A stretch of DNA of 64,000 nt from Octopus sinensis (Eukaryota). This document shows, in pieces, positions 1 through 13,663 of the stretch (its first letter is position 1; the number at the start of each line of letters is the position of its first letter). A program made the position numbers and the translations under genes. The notes beneath the pieces were generated by a model. That model saw only the letters and a list, made by a program, of their open reading frames with translations, did no database searches and was not told the origin of the DNA. The DNA is taken from positions 77,190,001 through 77,254,000 of the forward strand of contig NC_043007.1 in the NCBI RefSeq assembly GCF_006345805.1. Reading direction: 5' to 3'.

Positions 1-71
1 ACACAACACAAACCATATTAATGTTAATAAATATACATACATACACTGCATTTATATACACATAACAATGA

Positions 72-77
<6 letters not shown>

Positions 78-143
<66 letters not shown>
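78..143. repeat. (TA)n microsatellite
   Basis: Long pure TA run; source of the IYIY ORF 68..421. Confidence 0.95.
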
Positions 144-148
<5 letters not shown>

Positions 149-544
149 TATATTACACACGGTGGTTTGTCCATAATTATTTTCCAAGTCCTCTCATCTC
201 CTGTATACCTCCTCCCACCGCAACACTTACTTCACTCTCTCCTCCTGATTCCTCCTACTAACACTTTTCCCTTATTTCGCCCCATAAATTTCTCCTTATC
301 TTACATGATCTTTGTATCGTTCTTTACTTATTATTTTTTTGTACGTGATTTCTATTTACTTTTTATTATATTTAAAGAAGAACAAAGAGGCCTTGTCGGG
401 GTTGGAGTGGGATGGTTGTAGGGGTTGACTGACACCACCACCTGATCCTTGAGTGTCTTGAGGGGGTGTTCCATCTATGGCAAGCATTTCGAGTAGGCCC
501 GCGGGTTCCTCGAATCTGCTCCCATATTTTGCATGACTAGGTCA

Positions 545-780
<236 letters not shown>

Positions 781-1130
781 CACATTATGAGGGACCTCCA
801 CATGGTTGCTCCACCTGCTAGATATAGCAATCAAATTTATCTTCATTTCTATCTGTTTTTCTTCAAACTATGAGAAAAATATACAGACATGACTCCAACC
901 AACGGTGCTTGCCGTAGATCTCATCCTCAAGCGTCCTAATCAATCAACAGTAAAAACAATACTATCATTAAAGCTGAGAGTAAAGCTAACAGTAAAGCTG
1001 AGGAGATGTCACAATCATTAGTGCGTCGGACAAAATGCTTAGCGGCACATTTTCCAACCCTTTAAGTTTCTTATTTTAAATCCAACGTAAGTTACCTTTG
1101 CCTTTCATCCTTTCGTTGTCGATAAAACAA

Positions 1131-1320
1131 ATACCTATTTCTTTATTACCCACAAGGGGCTAAACACAGAGGGGACAAACAAGGACAGACATAGGTATTA
1201 AGTCGATTTCATCGACCCCAGTGTGTAACTGGTACTTATTTAATCGACCCCGAAAGGATGAAAGGCAAAGTCGACCTCGGCGTGATTTGAACTCAGAACA
1301 TAGCGGCAGACGAAATACGG
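1131..1320 (-). mobile_element. SINE family N copy (tRNA-derived, Nin/Deu-like central domain)
   Basis: Reverse complement contains GTTCAAATC (B-box-like) followed by GCCGAGGTCGACTTTGCCTTTCATCCTTTCGGGGTCGAT...AAGTACCAG, which resembles the Nin/Deu domain and recurs many times in the window. A degenerate + copy lies at ~1015-1130. Confidence 0.85.
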
Positions 1321-2316
1321 CTATCAACTACTGAGGACCATGTTATCGACGTTCCCCTCAACCTCAAAATTACTGGCCTTAACCCCTGCAATGGACCGGC
1401 GTCACACTGAGGGGAATGTTGTGGACTTGGTAACCTATACGCCATGGAGGCCAGGTAACCGTCTCTATGGGTGCTTGGGCTCGAGAAAAATATATGGTAG
1501 CAGGAATAACAAGGGTGGCATAGTTTTAAAGTAGAGTCTTTTACATGGCATTTAGAGAGTAGAAAACCTTGATTTACTGTGTTTATCCATGTAATACCTA
1601 GGAAAAACTCCTGCCAGAGTGTTTAACATCTACAGAAAAGAAGCAAGCGCAATACAAATAAAAATAACTATACTGCGAACCCCCAAATGAATGTCAAAGC
1701 TGACTTCAGTAAGATTTGAAATCAGAGCGTAGGGAGACTGAGCAAATAGCACGAAGCATTTTATCAACCACTCCAATGGCTAAGCCAATTCGTTCTGAAT
1801 ATCAAACACCCTACGATACAGTTGCAATTTTTTTTTTTTTTAGCCTAAGACCTCATAAGGTCACTTACCTGGTCCCCATGGTCTGTAAGTAACCGAGATC
1901 ACAATATCCTTCCTGTACGGGACGCCGGCCCATTGAGAACATTCAGAACCTGAAATTTTGAGGGGTGGATTGAGGGAGAAGTCGATTATATCGACCCAAG
2001 TCTATGGTTGTGACTTTATTTTAACGAACCCAAAGGAATGAAAGGTAGACTTAACCACGGCAGGATTTCAACTCGCAACAGAAAAATCCAGAAGTGTCGC
2101 TCTGCATTTTGTGAGACAAACAAACGATTTTGGCAGCTCGTTGTCTTCACATATTCCATAGTGAACTTATAAACTTCGTTAACTAGTATTATGCATGCAA
2201 TTAGTTGAGAAAAACTCCCATTGCAAGTATATAATATATGAAATTAAAGATGAAGGGAGTTAATTCCTATAATATTAGCTAACTGAAAACGTTCGGAAAA
2301 TAAACATAGTGAATGA

Positions 2317-2362
<46 letters not shown>

Positions 2363-2389
2363 TCTTTGATGTAATATGACTATGATGAA

Positions 2390-3595
2390 TACCAAACATC
2401 CTGGTGTACCACCCACCACTGCACCTTTACATTACCCTGTACCACGTTACCACCATCGACGTTACAAACCACAAGCACATTCGTCACTACTATCACCACC
2501 ACCACCACCACCATTTCTAGCCCCGAAACATCATCGCCACCATCGCCAAATATTTTCTCTATTTTCACAATTTTAGCAAAAGTATTGACAAAAGTACCGC
2601 AGCTAGCACCACCACCACCATCACCGCCACCACCGCCGCCGCCGCCACCACAACCGACACCACTACAACCACCACATTCACCACTACCAATGCCACCACT
2701 TCTATCACCACCACCACCCACCACTACCACCAGTATCATAACCATCAGCACCAACACCACCAGAATCACACTACAAGCATCACTACAATTACAGTACGGC
2801 CACCACCATCACCACCATCGCCACCACCACCATCGCCACCATCATCATCACCACCACTGACCAGTACCGCCGCCGCCACCAACACCACCAGAATCACACC
2901 TCAAGCATCACTGCCATTACACTACAGCCAGCACCATCACCGCCATCGATGCCACCACCACCACCACCACCACCACCACCACCACCATCGGTACCACCAC
3001 CATCACCACCATGACCAGTACCGCCACCAACACCACCAGAATCACACCACAAGCATCACTGCCATTACACTACAGCCACCACCACCACCACAATCGCCAC
3101 CACCACACCATCGGCACCACCACCATTACCATCACTGACCAGTACCGCCGCCGCCACCAATACCACTTGAATCACACCACAAGCATCTCTACCATTACAC
3201 TACAGCCACCACCATCGCCGCCATCGACGCCACCACCACCATCAACACCACCACCACAACCACTACTGCAACCCTTATAATCAGCATGCTTATTAAACAT
3301 ATCTTCCCACACCGCCATTATGAACAACATCACTACAATCATCATCACCATCACCAACAACAACAATAACTACATCATCTGCTATGCTATCATAACTGTC
3401 CGTTATCACAGTTTCGTCACACCCGACACCGAAGCTAACACCTCACCAACAGCACTGTAGCAACAAACACGCTACCACCATCACTACTACTATAACCACA
3501 TCAACCTCACGGCACCTCCACCACCACCACCACCACCACCACCATCATCACAATGAACATGACCAAATCTCCCAGCACCACCATCACCACCACGG
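2390..3595. repeat. (CAC/CAT)-rich low-complexity region with an embedded 4-copy minisatellite
   Basis: Core CCAACACCACCAGAATCACACCACAAGCATCACTGCCATTACACTACAGCC recurs at ~2751, 2879, 3027 and 3157, separated by variable (CAC/CAT)n. Confidence 0.85.
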
Positions 3596-3736
3596 AGTTC
3601 TAGCCAAATTTCAGAGGTAGGCAAGAAGGGTTATCGATAATAACGTCCGTTTCGGTGTGATGTGGCATATAATCAAAATATCGAAGTAATCGTGGGATTT
3701 CGGAATGTTGTTTATCTGGAGAATGAGGTGGTCTAA

Positions 3737-3767
<31 letters not shown>

Positions 3768-4582
3768 AGGAGGAGAGGAAGGGGGCAGAAAGAAAGAAGG
3801 TAATGGAGGAAAGGAAGAGAGATTCGGAGTGATATCTCCATGAAATATACATCAGTCCATCTCTCACAGATGAAAACATCCATAACTCACTTTTCTTCAC
3901 CTCATCTCAATTTTTAATTTCTCTTCATTAATTCAGACTTCACACATACACTTACACAAATATACACGCGTACACACACACACAGACGTACACACATACA
4001 CACACGCACAAACATACATATGCACGCACACACACACAGTCACACACATGTACACATTCACACACGCACACAGACACACACGTGTACGCAGTCCGACTCT
4101 GTCTCTGTCAGTTAGATTTATGTATTTATTATGATTTTTTTACATTTTCGTTTTCTTTATATAATGTATTTATGTATTCCATAAATTTGTATAGTTTTGA
4201 TATCTTTGTTTTATATTCTAAGATTACTTATCAGTTGGTTTTTTTTTCTTTTCTGTTTTTTTTTTTTCTGTTGGTTTCTTTTATATTTTCTGTATATATT
4301 TGTGTCGGTAGCATGGAGTAAAGATATACAGAAGTTACTCTTTCGTTTTTCTCTCATACCTGTTTTTAATTTCATACCTCTAAATCTATGTTCAGCTTAC
4401 TTCCTAAAACTGCTAACCCCTACCGCCTCTCTCTCTCAATACCACACGTACCCATAAGGACATACACATAAAAAAATGTAATAGTCTACTTGAGTTTCGC
4501 CTAAGACTAAGAGTGACCGATTGCAATCAGCCGCCAGGCGAAACGAGTTGAATGTCCTTTCTGTGGGATAATATATATGTTT

Positions 4583-4965
4583 GTGGAGGCGCAATGGCCC
4601 AGTGGTTAGGGCAGCGGACTCGCGGTCGTAGGATCGTGATTTCGATTCCCAGACCGGGCGTTGTGAGTGTTTATTGAGCAAAAACACCTAAAGCTCCAGA
4701 AGGCTCCGGCAGGGGATGGTGGTGATCCCTGCTGTACTCTTCACCCACTTTCTCTCACTCTTACTTCCTTTTCTGTTGTACCTGTATTTCAAAGGGCCGG
4801 CCTTGTCACTCTCTGTGTCACGCTGAATATCCCCGAGAACTGCGTTAAGGGTACACGTGTCTGTGGAGTGCTCAGCCACTTACACGTTAATTACACGAGC
4901 AGGCTGTTCCGTTGATCGGATCAACCGGAACCCTCGTCGTCGTAACCCACGGAGTGCTTCCATCC
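4583..4965 (+). mobile_element. tRNA(Arg-like)-derived SINE family R, tail type A
   Basis: A-box TGGCCCAGTGG (4595-4605), TCG anticodon-like loop, B-box-like TTCGATTCC. The head and body recur at 15841-16138 and 25681-25982. Confidence 0.9.
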
Positions 4966-5039
4966 ATATATGTTTGTAGGCATGTCTTAAAACATTGAAA
5001 TACGAAGTAGGAAAATAAATGAAAAGACAAAGGAGAGCT

Positions 5040-5251
5040 TCTAACAACGCAGAAAGTTTAAAAACCTTTATATTTCGGGCGCAAAGGCCCATTTTCAGAA
5101 GTATACTGTCAAAGAAATGTGTATTTACATAGATTCTGCCATTTCTATATAGACTTTAGATCTATGTAAACATATATTTCTTTGAGTGTATACTTCTGAA
5201 GATAGGCCTTGCGCCCGAAGTATAAATTTACAAACTTTCTGCATTGTTAGA
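5040..5251. repeat. Imperfect foldback element with a degenerate hammerhead core in each arm
   Basis: Arms ~5040-5135 and ~5159-5251 are inverted copies. Plus arm reads CTGAAGA-TAGGCCTTGCGCCC-GAAG; minus arm reads CTGAAAA-TGGGCCTTTGCGCCC-GAAA. Confidence 0.75.
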
Positions 5252-5359
5252 GTCGAGAGTGGTGCCAACTTTTTTCCGTCTGATTAGGGTAAATACCCAA
5301 TATTTCTCTACTGCTCTCATAGATTTACTGCGTTGGAAATTCACTTTTCCATCAGCAAT

Positions 5360-5389
5360 ATGTGTGTGTGTGTGTGTGTGTGTTGTGTG

Positions 5390-5429
<40 letters not shown>

Positions 5430-5566
5430 TGTGTGTGTGTGTGCCGTTGTGTGTGTGTGTGTGTGGTGTTGTGTGTGTGTGTTTGTGCGTGTGTGTGTGT
5501 GGTGTGCGTGTGTGTGCGTGTGCGCGTGTGTGTGTGTGTGTGTGTTGTGCATGCGTGTGTTGTGTG

Positions 5567-5598
<32 letters not shown>

Positions 5599-5762
5599 TG
5601 TGCGTGTGTGTGTGTGTTGTGTGTGCGTGTGTGGTGTGTGTGTGTGTGTGTTGCGTGTGCGTGTGTGTGTGTGTGTTGTGTGTGTGTGTGTGGTGCGGTG
5701 TGTGGCGTGTGCGTGTGTGGTGTGTGGTGTGTTGTGTGTGTGTGTGTGTGCGCGCGCGCGCG
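5360..5762. repeat. Long interrupted (TG)n microsatellite ending in (CG)n
   Basis: Directly visible; source of the CV and HT pseudo-ORFs. Confidence 0.95.
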
Positions 5763-6281
5763 CTGTGCGGCGGGTGCATGCTTGTGCGAGCGTAACGCGT
5801 CGGATTACGCACTCGCATGTATGCTTGTTCATGCTCAACCGGCGTCTATGTATACGCTTGTGTGAGTCAAGATACGTATGCATGTTTGTATGTATGTATA
5901 TATGTATATATATATATATATGTTGTGTGTGTGTGTGTGTGTGTGTTGTGTGTGTGTGTATGCATGCATACATATAATATATACATATATACATATATGT
6001 ATATATGCATACATATACATTTATATATAAAGGTACAAATGAAGAAATATAGACGATAAAAGATGTGGACAGAGAATAGGTGGTGGGGAAATTATTAAAA
6101 AATAATAGAAAGATAAATTATTCGTGCGATATTCATTTTGTTTCTGTTAATGTTTACAAAATGTGCACCTACAGATGATGTTACCTGCTGTTAGTAATTA
6201 ACTAAATAACAAAAACACATACAAAAATGCACGTGCCAATGTGTAAGTGTAACCTAGATAGCTTCACATGTATATATATGG

Positions 6282-6317
<36 letters not shown>

Positions 6318-6434
6318 ATATGCCTTTACATAAGAATGTGTATATACCTAAACATTGACATACGCATATGACTGTATGTAAATATACGCAGTCATATCTA
6401 TCTATCTGTCTATCTATCTATATATCTATCTATA

Positions 6435-6486
<52 letters not shown>

Positions 6487-6593
6487 AATCTATATATCTA
6501 TTTATCTGTCTGTCTGTCTGTCCCTCTATCTATCTATTTATCTATCAATCTCTCTATCTTTTCCCTTTCTCTCTCTATCCCTCTATGTATATA

Positions 6594-7725
6594 CAGTGGT
6601 TGGACAAAATAATGGTAACACGTAGCATCATAGCATCATAATTTTGAAATATCTATAAAAACGTCAAAAGCTTGTTTAGTTTTATGTTTATTTATTTATT
6701 CATTAATAGTGTTGCTTTATATGTTTTGCTAAAGTTGCTGTTTCTCTTCAGATATCATCAGAGAAAGATAATTAAATTTCATTAAAATGACAGATCTATC
6801 AGATTTTCAAAGAGATCAAATTGTTGGTGCTAGCATAACGAAAATAGCCAAAATGTTTTTGTATCCAGAAGTACTGTCTCAAAAACAATGACAGCCTTTG
6901 AGATAGGGACCGTCGGACTTTTACGCGAATTTTTAGAAAGGATCGCAAAAGTACAGCTCCCAATATTACTGCTTAACTTAATGACCACCTCGAAAACCCA
7001 GTTTCCACAAAAACTGTTCACCGGGAGCTGCACAAAACGTTTAGAGTGGAGTAAAAACCTACAGCAACCTAGATCAGTGGGACAATGTTATTTTCTCGGA
7101 CGAGTCATCCTTTACCTTATTTCCGACCATCGGCCGAGTATACGTGTGGCGATAGCCAAAAGAAGCATTTGACACAGACTGCATTCTTACAACTGTTAAA
7201 CATGGAGAAGGATCAGTGATGATCTTGGAGGCTATATCTTGGAAATACGCTGGCCCAATGATTTCCTTTCGTGGCAGAATTAATACTCAAGACTATTTGA
7301 GCATTTTATCTCATCAAATTCATCATATGGTTGTGAAACTGTTTCCGGATGGAAGTACAATCTTTCAGGATGATAATGCACCAATTCATACAGCTAAATT
7401 TGTTACTGAATGGCACGAGGAACATTCTAGTGAAGTTGAACAACTTATCTGGCCAGCACAGTTCCCAGATCTCAATATTATTGAACATGTATGGTGCATT
7501 TTAGAAAAACAAGAAGCTGATATCCTCCACCATCATCATTACAAGAACTGGAGGCTGTTTTAGCTGAAGAATGGAGAAAAATTCCTTTGGAAATAATTCA
7601 AACTTTGTACGAGTCCATACCTCGTAGAATTCAAGCTGTAATTACTGCCAAAGATGGTCCTACCCCCTATTAAAATAAATTTGCTTGAAATTTTAAAGTG
7701 TTTCCATTATTTTGTCCAACCCCTG
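6594..7725 (+). mobile_element. Tc1-type DNA transposon with both ends (1132 bp), DD36E spacing
   Basis: 28-bp TIRs: left CAGTGGTTGGACAAAATAATGGTAACAC, right (reverse complement) CAGGGGTTGGACAAAATAATGGAAACAC, 2 mismatches. TA flanks at 6592-6593 and 7726-7727. Confidence 0.95.
6787..7673 (+). pseudogene. Frameshifted, internally deleted Tc1-family transposase
   Basis: Starts MTDLSDFQRDQIVGA; motifs FSDESSFTL, IFQDDNAPIH and WPAQFPDLNIIEHVW; ends RIQAVITAKDGPTPY*. Spread over several frames. Confidence 0.92.
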
Positions 7726-7779
7726 TATATATATATATATAGTATCGTACTATCAGCCCCAGTTTAGGTATTTAGAATA

Positions 7780-8200
7780 TGTTCGTGACATATTTCAACA
7801 TCTAAAGGCGAATACACTGCAGTTACCGTGGAGAAAAATTCTCTCTCATTGTAAAAAGGTGTAAAACCACCATATCTTTCCAGCGTCGCCTCGTGTAAGG
7901 ATTCTCAGACATCGTTGTTTCTAGCACTTTATGATTGTACATTTTTGGTGTACGAGCATAATGTAGCCAGAATTTTCCAACTTTATTGAGTTGGTTGCAA
8001 TTGACTGTCACACTATATTGAGACATACTGAAATTTTTAGGTGTAACCCTCTCACTGGACCGTCCAGTGTCGAATCTGAAATCTGTTCTCTATAACTCCT
8101 CTCTACTCTCAATGACATAAGTTGGATCCTACATTCGATGCCACTTAAGCCTACTGTCATCTCGTAATTTCACCCCGAGTCCAACGACTTGAGGAAAAGA
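7780..8200 (-). mobile_element. Highly decayed Penelope-like retroelement remnant (RT thumb/linker)
   Basis: Minus-strand fragments GIECRIQLMS and a frameshifted IWWF-TPFYN resemble the GIxxRLxxLS and IIWFNPPY motifs of Penelope-like ORFs. Confidence 0.35.
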
Positions 8201-8379
8201 GATTCTTGGATACCATCGACCACATCACTTGACTAGTAACCTATTTTCCGTGTCCCGAATGGATGAAAGATTAAGTTTATCACCGCGATATTTTAACTCA
8301 GAAAGTAAACAACCGGAAGAAATGCAGTTAACATTTTATCCGACGGGCCAACGTCTCTGCCAGCACGCATATATATATA

Positions 8380-8413
<34 letters not shown>

Positions 8414-8461
8414 TATGAGCTGGCAGAAGCGTGTATATATATATATGCATATATACATACA

Positions 8462-8497
<36 letters not shown>

Positions 8498-9720
8498 TAT
8501 GCATACATACCACACACACACACATATATATATGTATATATGTATATATACACACATATATATATACATATATATACGCACAAAATATACAGGGAGAAGC
8601 AGGTATGCTACACACTAGCTCACTACAGACTTATACCGTTGGACCAATCTCAACTCAAAGGCACCGCCCTAACAGAATCGTTAGCGAGTTGGACAAAATG
8701 CTTAGAGGTATTCCTTTGCTTTTATACATTCGGGTTTCGAGAACATAAAGTACTAATGAATTAGTGGCGGTCTATGAAATGTACTTGCCGACATTCTCTC
8801 AAGATTGGTGGCCTTTGAGCCCTGCAACGAATAGGCATCTCTCTAAGAAAAAATGCTGGGATTTCGGTCACTTAAACGCCACTGAATAACGGGTTACTGA
8901 CCTCATAAGTCCTAAAGCCCGAAAGTATGAAAAAATCTCCCCAAACTATTATAAAAACAAACAAAATTTCAGGAAAATGCTGAAGAAAGCAAAAGAATCC
9001 GCAGCCAACGTGCAAGGTATCACCACCGTTGTGTGGTAAGAGTATGTACCGAAAATAAAAATAACGAAAAATTTTAATTATAGCAATTATTATTATCTTT
9101 TATATTATAATCGCTATTGTTATTGATATTATTATTCATAACACGTTTCCCAATAACTACTTGCTCCGAATGTTATTTTTATTTACTTATTTATTTATTC
9201 ATTTATTTAGTAATATTATTTTCTTTATTCCTTGGTTATTTTATGATTTGCATAATTTTTCGTGATTTCTTTAAAGTGAAAGGTCAGGAGAAGAAGAAGG
9301 TTCCAGAAACAGTGTAGGACCATGCTACCACAGGATACCAGGCTAATGCATGGATGGTTCTACTTCCACCATAATGTATATATATATATATTATATATAT
9401 ATATCTGTGTGTGTATGTGTGTGCGTATACATATATGCCATTTATACATACATGTATATATGCATATACACGTAAAGATATGTACATATATATATGTACA
9501 CGAGCGAACACATACGCGTAGTAGTAGTAGTAGTAGTAGTAGTTAGTAGTGGTGGTAGTAGTAGTAGTAGTAGCAGTAGTAGCAGCAGCAGCTGCTACAC
9601 TAGCAGCAACAGTAGTGGGAGTTATGATAGAAGTGGTATTCGTTTATCATCAGCATTAACACTTACATAAATTAACTAATGCGGTGATCGAAGTGTGTGT
9701 ATATGTATATATATATAATA

Positions 9721-9768
<48 letters not shown>

Positions 9769-9838
9769 TAATGTGATAATTATAAGTGACAACAAAAGGA
9801 TGATATTAGGTAAATAGAGGGTATTTATTCATATATAA

Positions 9839-9962
9839 ATAGTTTAGGATTATCAGTAAATGGTCATACTTTGTGTTTCGAATGGCGGAGCTAAGAGCTC
9901 TTAACTCCGGCATAAGAAACTCCGAGTACTATTATGACAACTCATTGATTATCCTAAACTAT
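9839..9962. repeat. Short foldback palindrome between (TA)n tracts carrying a hammerhead-like 3' half
   Basis: Termini ATAGTTTAGGA and TCCTAAACTAT; axis TAAGAG|CTCTTA at 9897/9898; GAAA-CTCCGAG-TA at 9916-9928. Confidence 0.75.
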
Positions 9963-9968
9963 ACATAC

Positions 9969-10000
<32 letters not shown>

Positions 10001-10177
10001 CTTGACTGATTGATAGACAGATGCATATATATAGGTAGGTAGATAGGGTTGCATTATACACACGAGTATATATATATTATATATATTATATATTATATAT
10101 ATATATACCTACACACATACATACATGCACACACAATACACGCACACACACACACACACACACCACACACACACATA

Positions 10178-10212
<35 letters not shown>

Positions 10213-10766
10213 ATGGTAGTGAAAATTATGTGTGTGTGTGTGTGTATTTTCATATGCTATCACTTTGTCGTAATGATAATATTTCCATAATATCTTACAT
10301 TCTATGATAAATATGCTGGCTGAATTCTGTGTAAATGAGTTTACATGTGCACGTGCGTTTGTGTGTGTGTGTGTATATATATACATACACATACATATAT
10401 AAATAGATACATACACACTTACATACATACATACATACACATATATCTGCGTGTATGCGTTTGTGTATTTAGGGATGTATTTCGTTTCTTAGTTGAAGGA
10501 ATTGACCTCGTCACGTTGCATATAATTCTGTGGCTTGGAATGATGACAAATACCGAAATATAATTAAACAATAATTTCTGGACACACTATTAGCAGCAGC
10601 AGCTGCAGTAGCAACAACAACAACAGTAACAACAACGACGACGAGGATGACGAGAAGGAATGAGGACACCACCACAAACAAAAATTTTATTATCGTCACT
10701 CTCATCAACAACAAAATGAAAACAATGAAATATATATACATACACTACACACACACACACAGATAG

Positions 10767-10827
<61 letters not shown>

Positions 10828-11011
10828 TATATATATACATATATATATACACTATAATATAAACAATATATATAAACAATATTGCAGCTGCAGTAAGAAG
10901 AACAAAAATATGCGTAATAAAGTAAATAAATGAAACGGCACAGGCAGCAAAAATTTGGCAATGGAAACGAAAAACGATTAAAAAAATCTCGTTAACAGAT
11001 GTAGCACCACT

Positions 11012-11043
<32 letters not shown>

Positions 11044-11470
11044 CGACAATTGCAATAACACCAAATCCAAACAAATAAAATAAACATACAGCAAATAGCT
11101 GTACTAACCATGTTAATGTCGTGCAACAACGGGGGAAAAAAAAAGACAAAAAAAATGGCGACGATACGTGAAAAAATATGTAATAATAATATTTGCGATA
11201 TTTTTAATTTAAAGAAACTATGAAAAATTATCTGCCGATTCTTCTGTCTGCGATCACTTCTTTCCCTGCCTTCCATCTCTATATCTAGTTGTATTAATAT
11301 ATCTTTTCTATTTTTCTGTTCTCACCCTTCTCCTCTCCATCTTCGACCCTCGTGTCCGATATGATACACTCTCTTCCTCATATACATATATATAATTATG
11401 TATATGTATGTGTGTATAATATATATATATATTATATATATGTATATATATACTATATATATATATATAT

Positions 11471-11505
<35 letters not shown>

Positions 11506-11506
11506 G

Positions 11507-11539
<33 letters not shown>

Positions 11540-11694
11540 TACATACATACATACATACATAATATAAACACATATCTATATATGCCTATGCATACACACA
11601 AACACACATACACTCACAAACACACAAATATATACGTTTGTATAAATAGTGTAAATTATGATTGCAAAACGAAATACTGTCCTTGATAGCAATT

Positions 11695-11726
<32 letters not shown>

Positions 11727-11853
11727 TGTATGTATGTATGTATGTATGTATGTATGTATGTATTTATACATGTATGTATGTATGTATGTACGTAAGTATG
11801 TATGTATATATGTATGTACGTATGTATGTATCTATTTATCTATCTACCTATCA

Positions 11854-11884
<31 letters not shown>

Positions 11885-12439
11885 GATACATATATATCCG
11901 TCGCTATATAATATATATATATGTATCTACTAATGTATATATGCATGGATGTATGTATATATGTGTGTGTGTATGTGTGTGTGCATGTGAGTGTGTAGGA
12001 ATGCGGACGTGTGTGTATTAATCTACGTACATAAGCATATATAGGTGTGTATATATGAATACATGAATGTATATAAGTATGTGAACTTATGCATATTATG
12101 TGTGTGTATATACACACACACACGCACATATATATATATGAGAATATGCATATTGATGCACATATTTATGATTATGTGTGTATATTCATATTTTTATTGA
12201 TATATGTGTAAGTGTCAATAGTGTGTGTGTGTGTGAGTGTGTGTGTGTGTGTGTTCAGAGAGACGGAGAAAAAGAGAGGGAGAGGGACAGAGAGAGTCAA
12301 GGCGATTGATAACGAGAAGGAGTGAGAAATTCGTATGTAAACCTGTGTAAGGGCAGGGGTTTTAAGGTGCTAAGTCTGTCATTACGTTTCGACCCGTACA
12401 AACACTTACTTTACCGCACTTCCTCTTACTCCCTAAACA

Positions 12440-12477
<38 letters not shown>

Positions 12478-13354
12478 CATCTTGATCTGCAAATCTAATT
12501 CCTTCAAACTAGAAAAACCGCGTTTAGGTTGTTACTTCATGCTTGTGCTTAAGAAAATATTAAATAATTGTCACTCTTAATCACGCCTATGTGTGAGGTA
12601 TATACACAAATATACTCACTCACACAACACACACACATATATATGCACATACATATACATATGTATGTAAATGCATATATATTTACACAGAGATACATAC
12701 ATACATAAATATATATATATACATATATATGTACATGTATGTATATATATATAGATGTTTACGTATATATATATACGTCTATATATATATATATATAATA
12801 TAGGTATATATATAAATATATATATATTAACATATATAGGTACTTATATATATTAATATATATAGGTACTTATGTTTGTACGTATGTTTGCATGTTCATT
12901 TGTATGTGAGTGTGTATGCATGTATGTATGTATGTATGTATGTATGTATGTATGTATGTATGTATGAATGTATGTATGTATGTATGTATTTGTTTGTACA
13001 CATGTACGTAGCCACTGAAGCACACGCACAAATACATTTACAGTTTTTCAACCAAATCTTTCTGGCCTTGCGAAGATATATTTGTCATGCTGTCATTATG
13101 ATCCTTGCATACAAAATAATGAATTAACGCTTGGATTAATCGAAAATAGTTTTCTTTAGACAAGCAAAATATCGAAATTAATTTAACAAAACTCATCTTA
13201 TTAATTAAGATAACATTTCACTCTCATCTATCACCGAATTTCTCGTCAGAAATAAAAGAATTTAAAAAATACGATTGATAAATTAAAAAAATAATGCTTG
13301 TTTATTTATTTGGTTCATATTTTTGTGCTCCTTGCAAAGATGGCGTAGAATTAA

Positions 13355-13663
13355 AGTGGCACTCCGTCAGTTACGACGATGAGTGTTCCAGGTGATCCGT
13401 TCAACGGAATAGCTTGCTCTTGAAATTGACGTGCAAGTGGCTGACCACACCACAGTCATGTGTACTCTTAATGTAGTTCTCAGGGAGATTCAGCGTGACA
13501 TAGAATGCGACAAGGCTGGCCATTTGAAATATATGTATTTTTGCCAGTTGAGTGGACTAGAGCAACATGAAATAAAGTGTCTTGCTCAAGGACAAACCAT
13601 GCCGCCGGGGCATCGAACGCACAACCTTGCGTCAATTACCCTAACCACTAAGCCAAGCGCCTT
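13355..13663 (-). mobile_element. tRNA-derived SINE, alternative head with tail type A
   Basis: Reverse complement starts AGGCGCTTGGCTTAGTGGTTAGGG...GTCCTTGAGCAAGACACTTTA. The 3' part matches 4785-4960. Confidence 0.8.

Noticed and set aside
2745-3235. Repeat-spacer pattern resembling a CRISPR array
   Set aside because: The spacers are (CAC/CAT)n, the repeats are long and diverged, there are no cas genes, and the context is eukaryotic.
4583-4660. tRNA-Arg(TCG)-like sequence (also near 16065-16138 and 25905-25982)
   Set aside because: It continues directly into a repeated SINE body, has no good acceptor stem and no Pol III terminator, so it is a SINE head rather than a tRNA gene.
8965-9045. 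Possible micro-exon TTTCAG|GAAAATGCTG...GCAAG|GTATC
   Set aside because: No polypyrimidine tract, no recognisable peptide and no partner exons.
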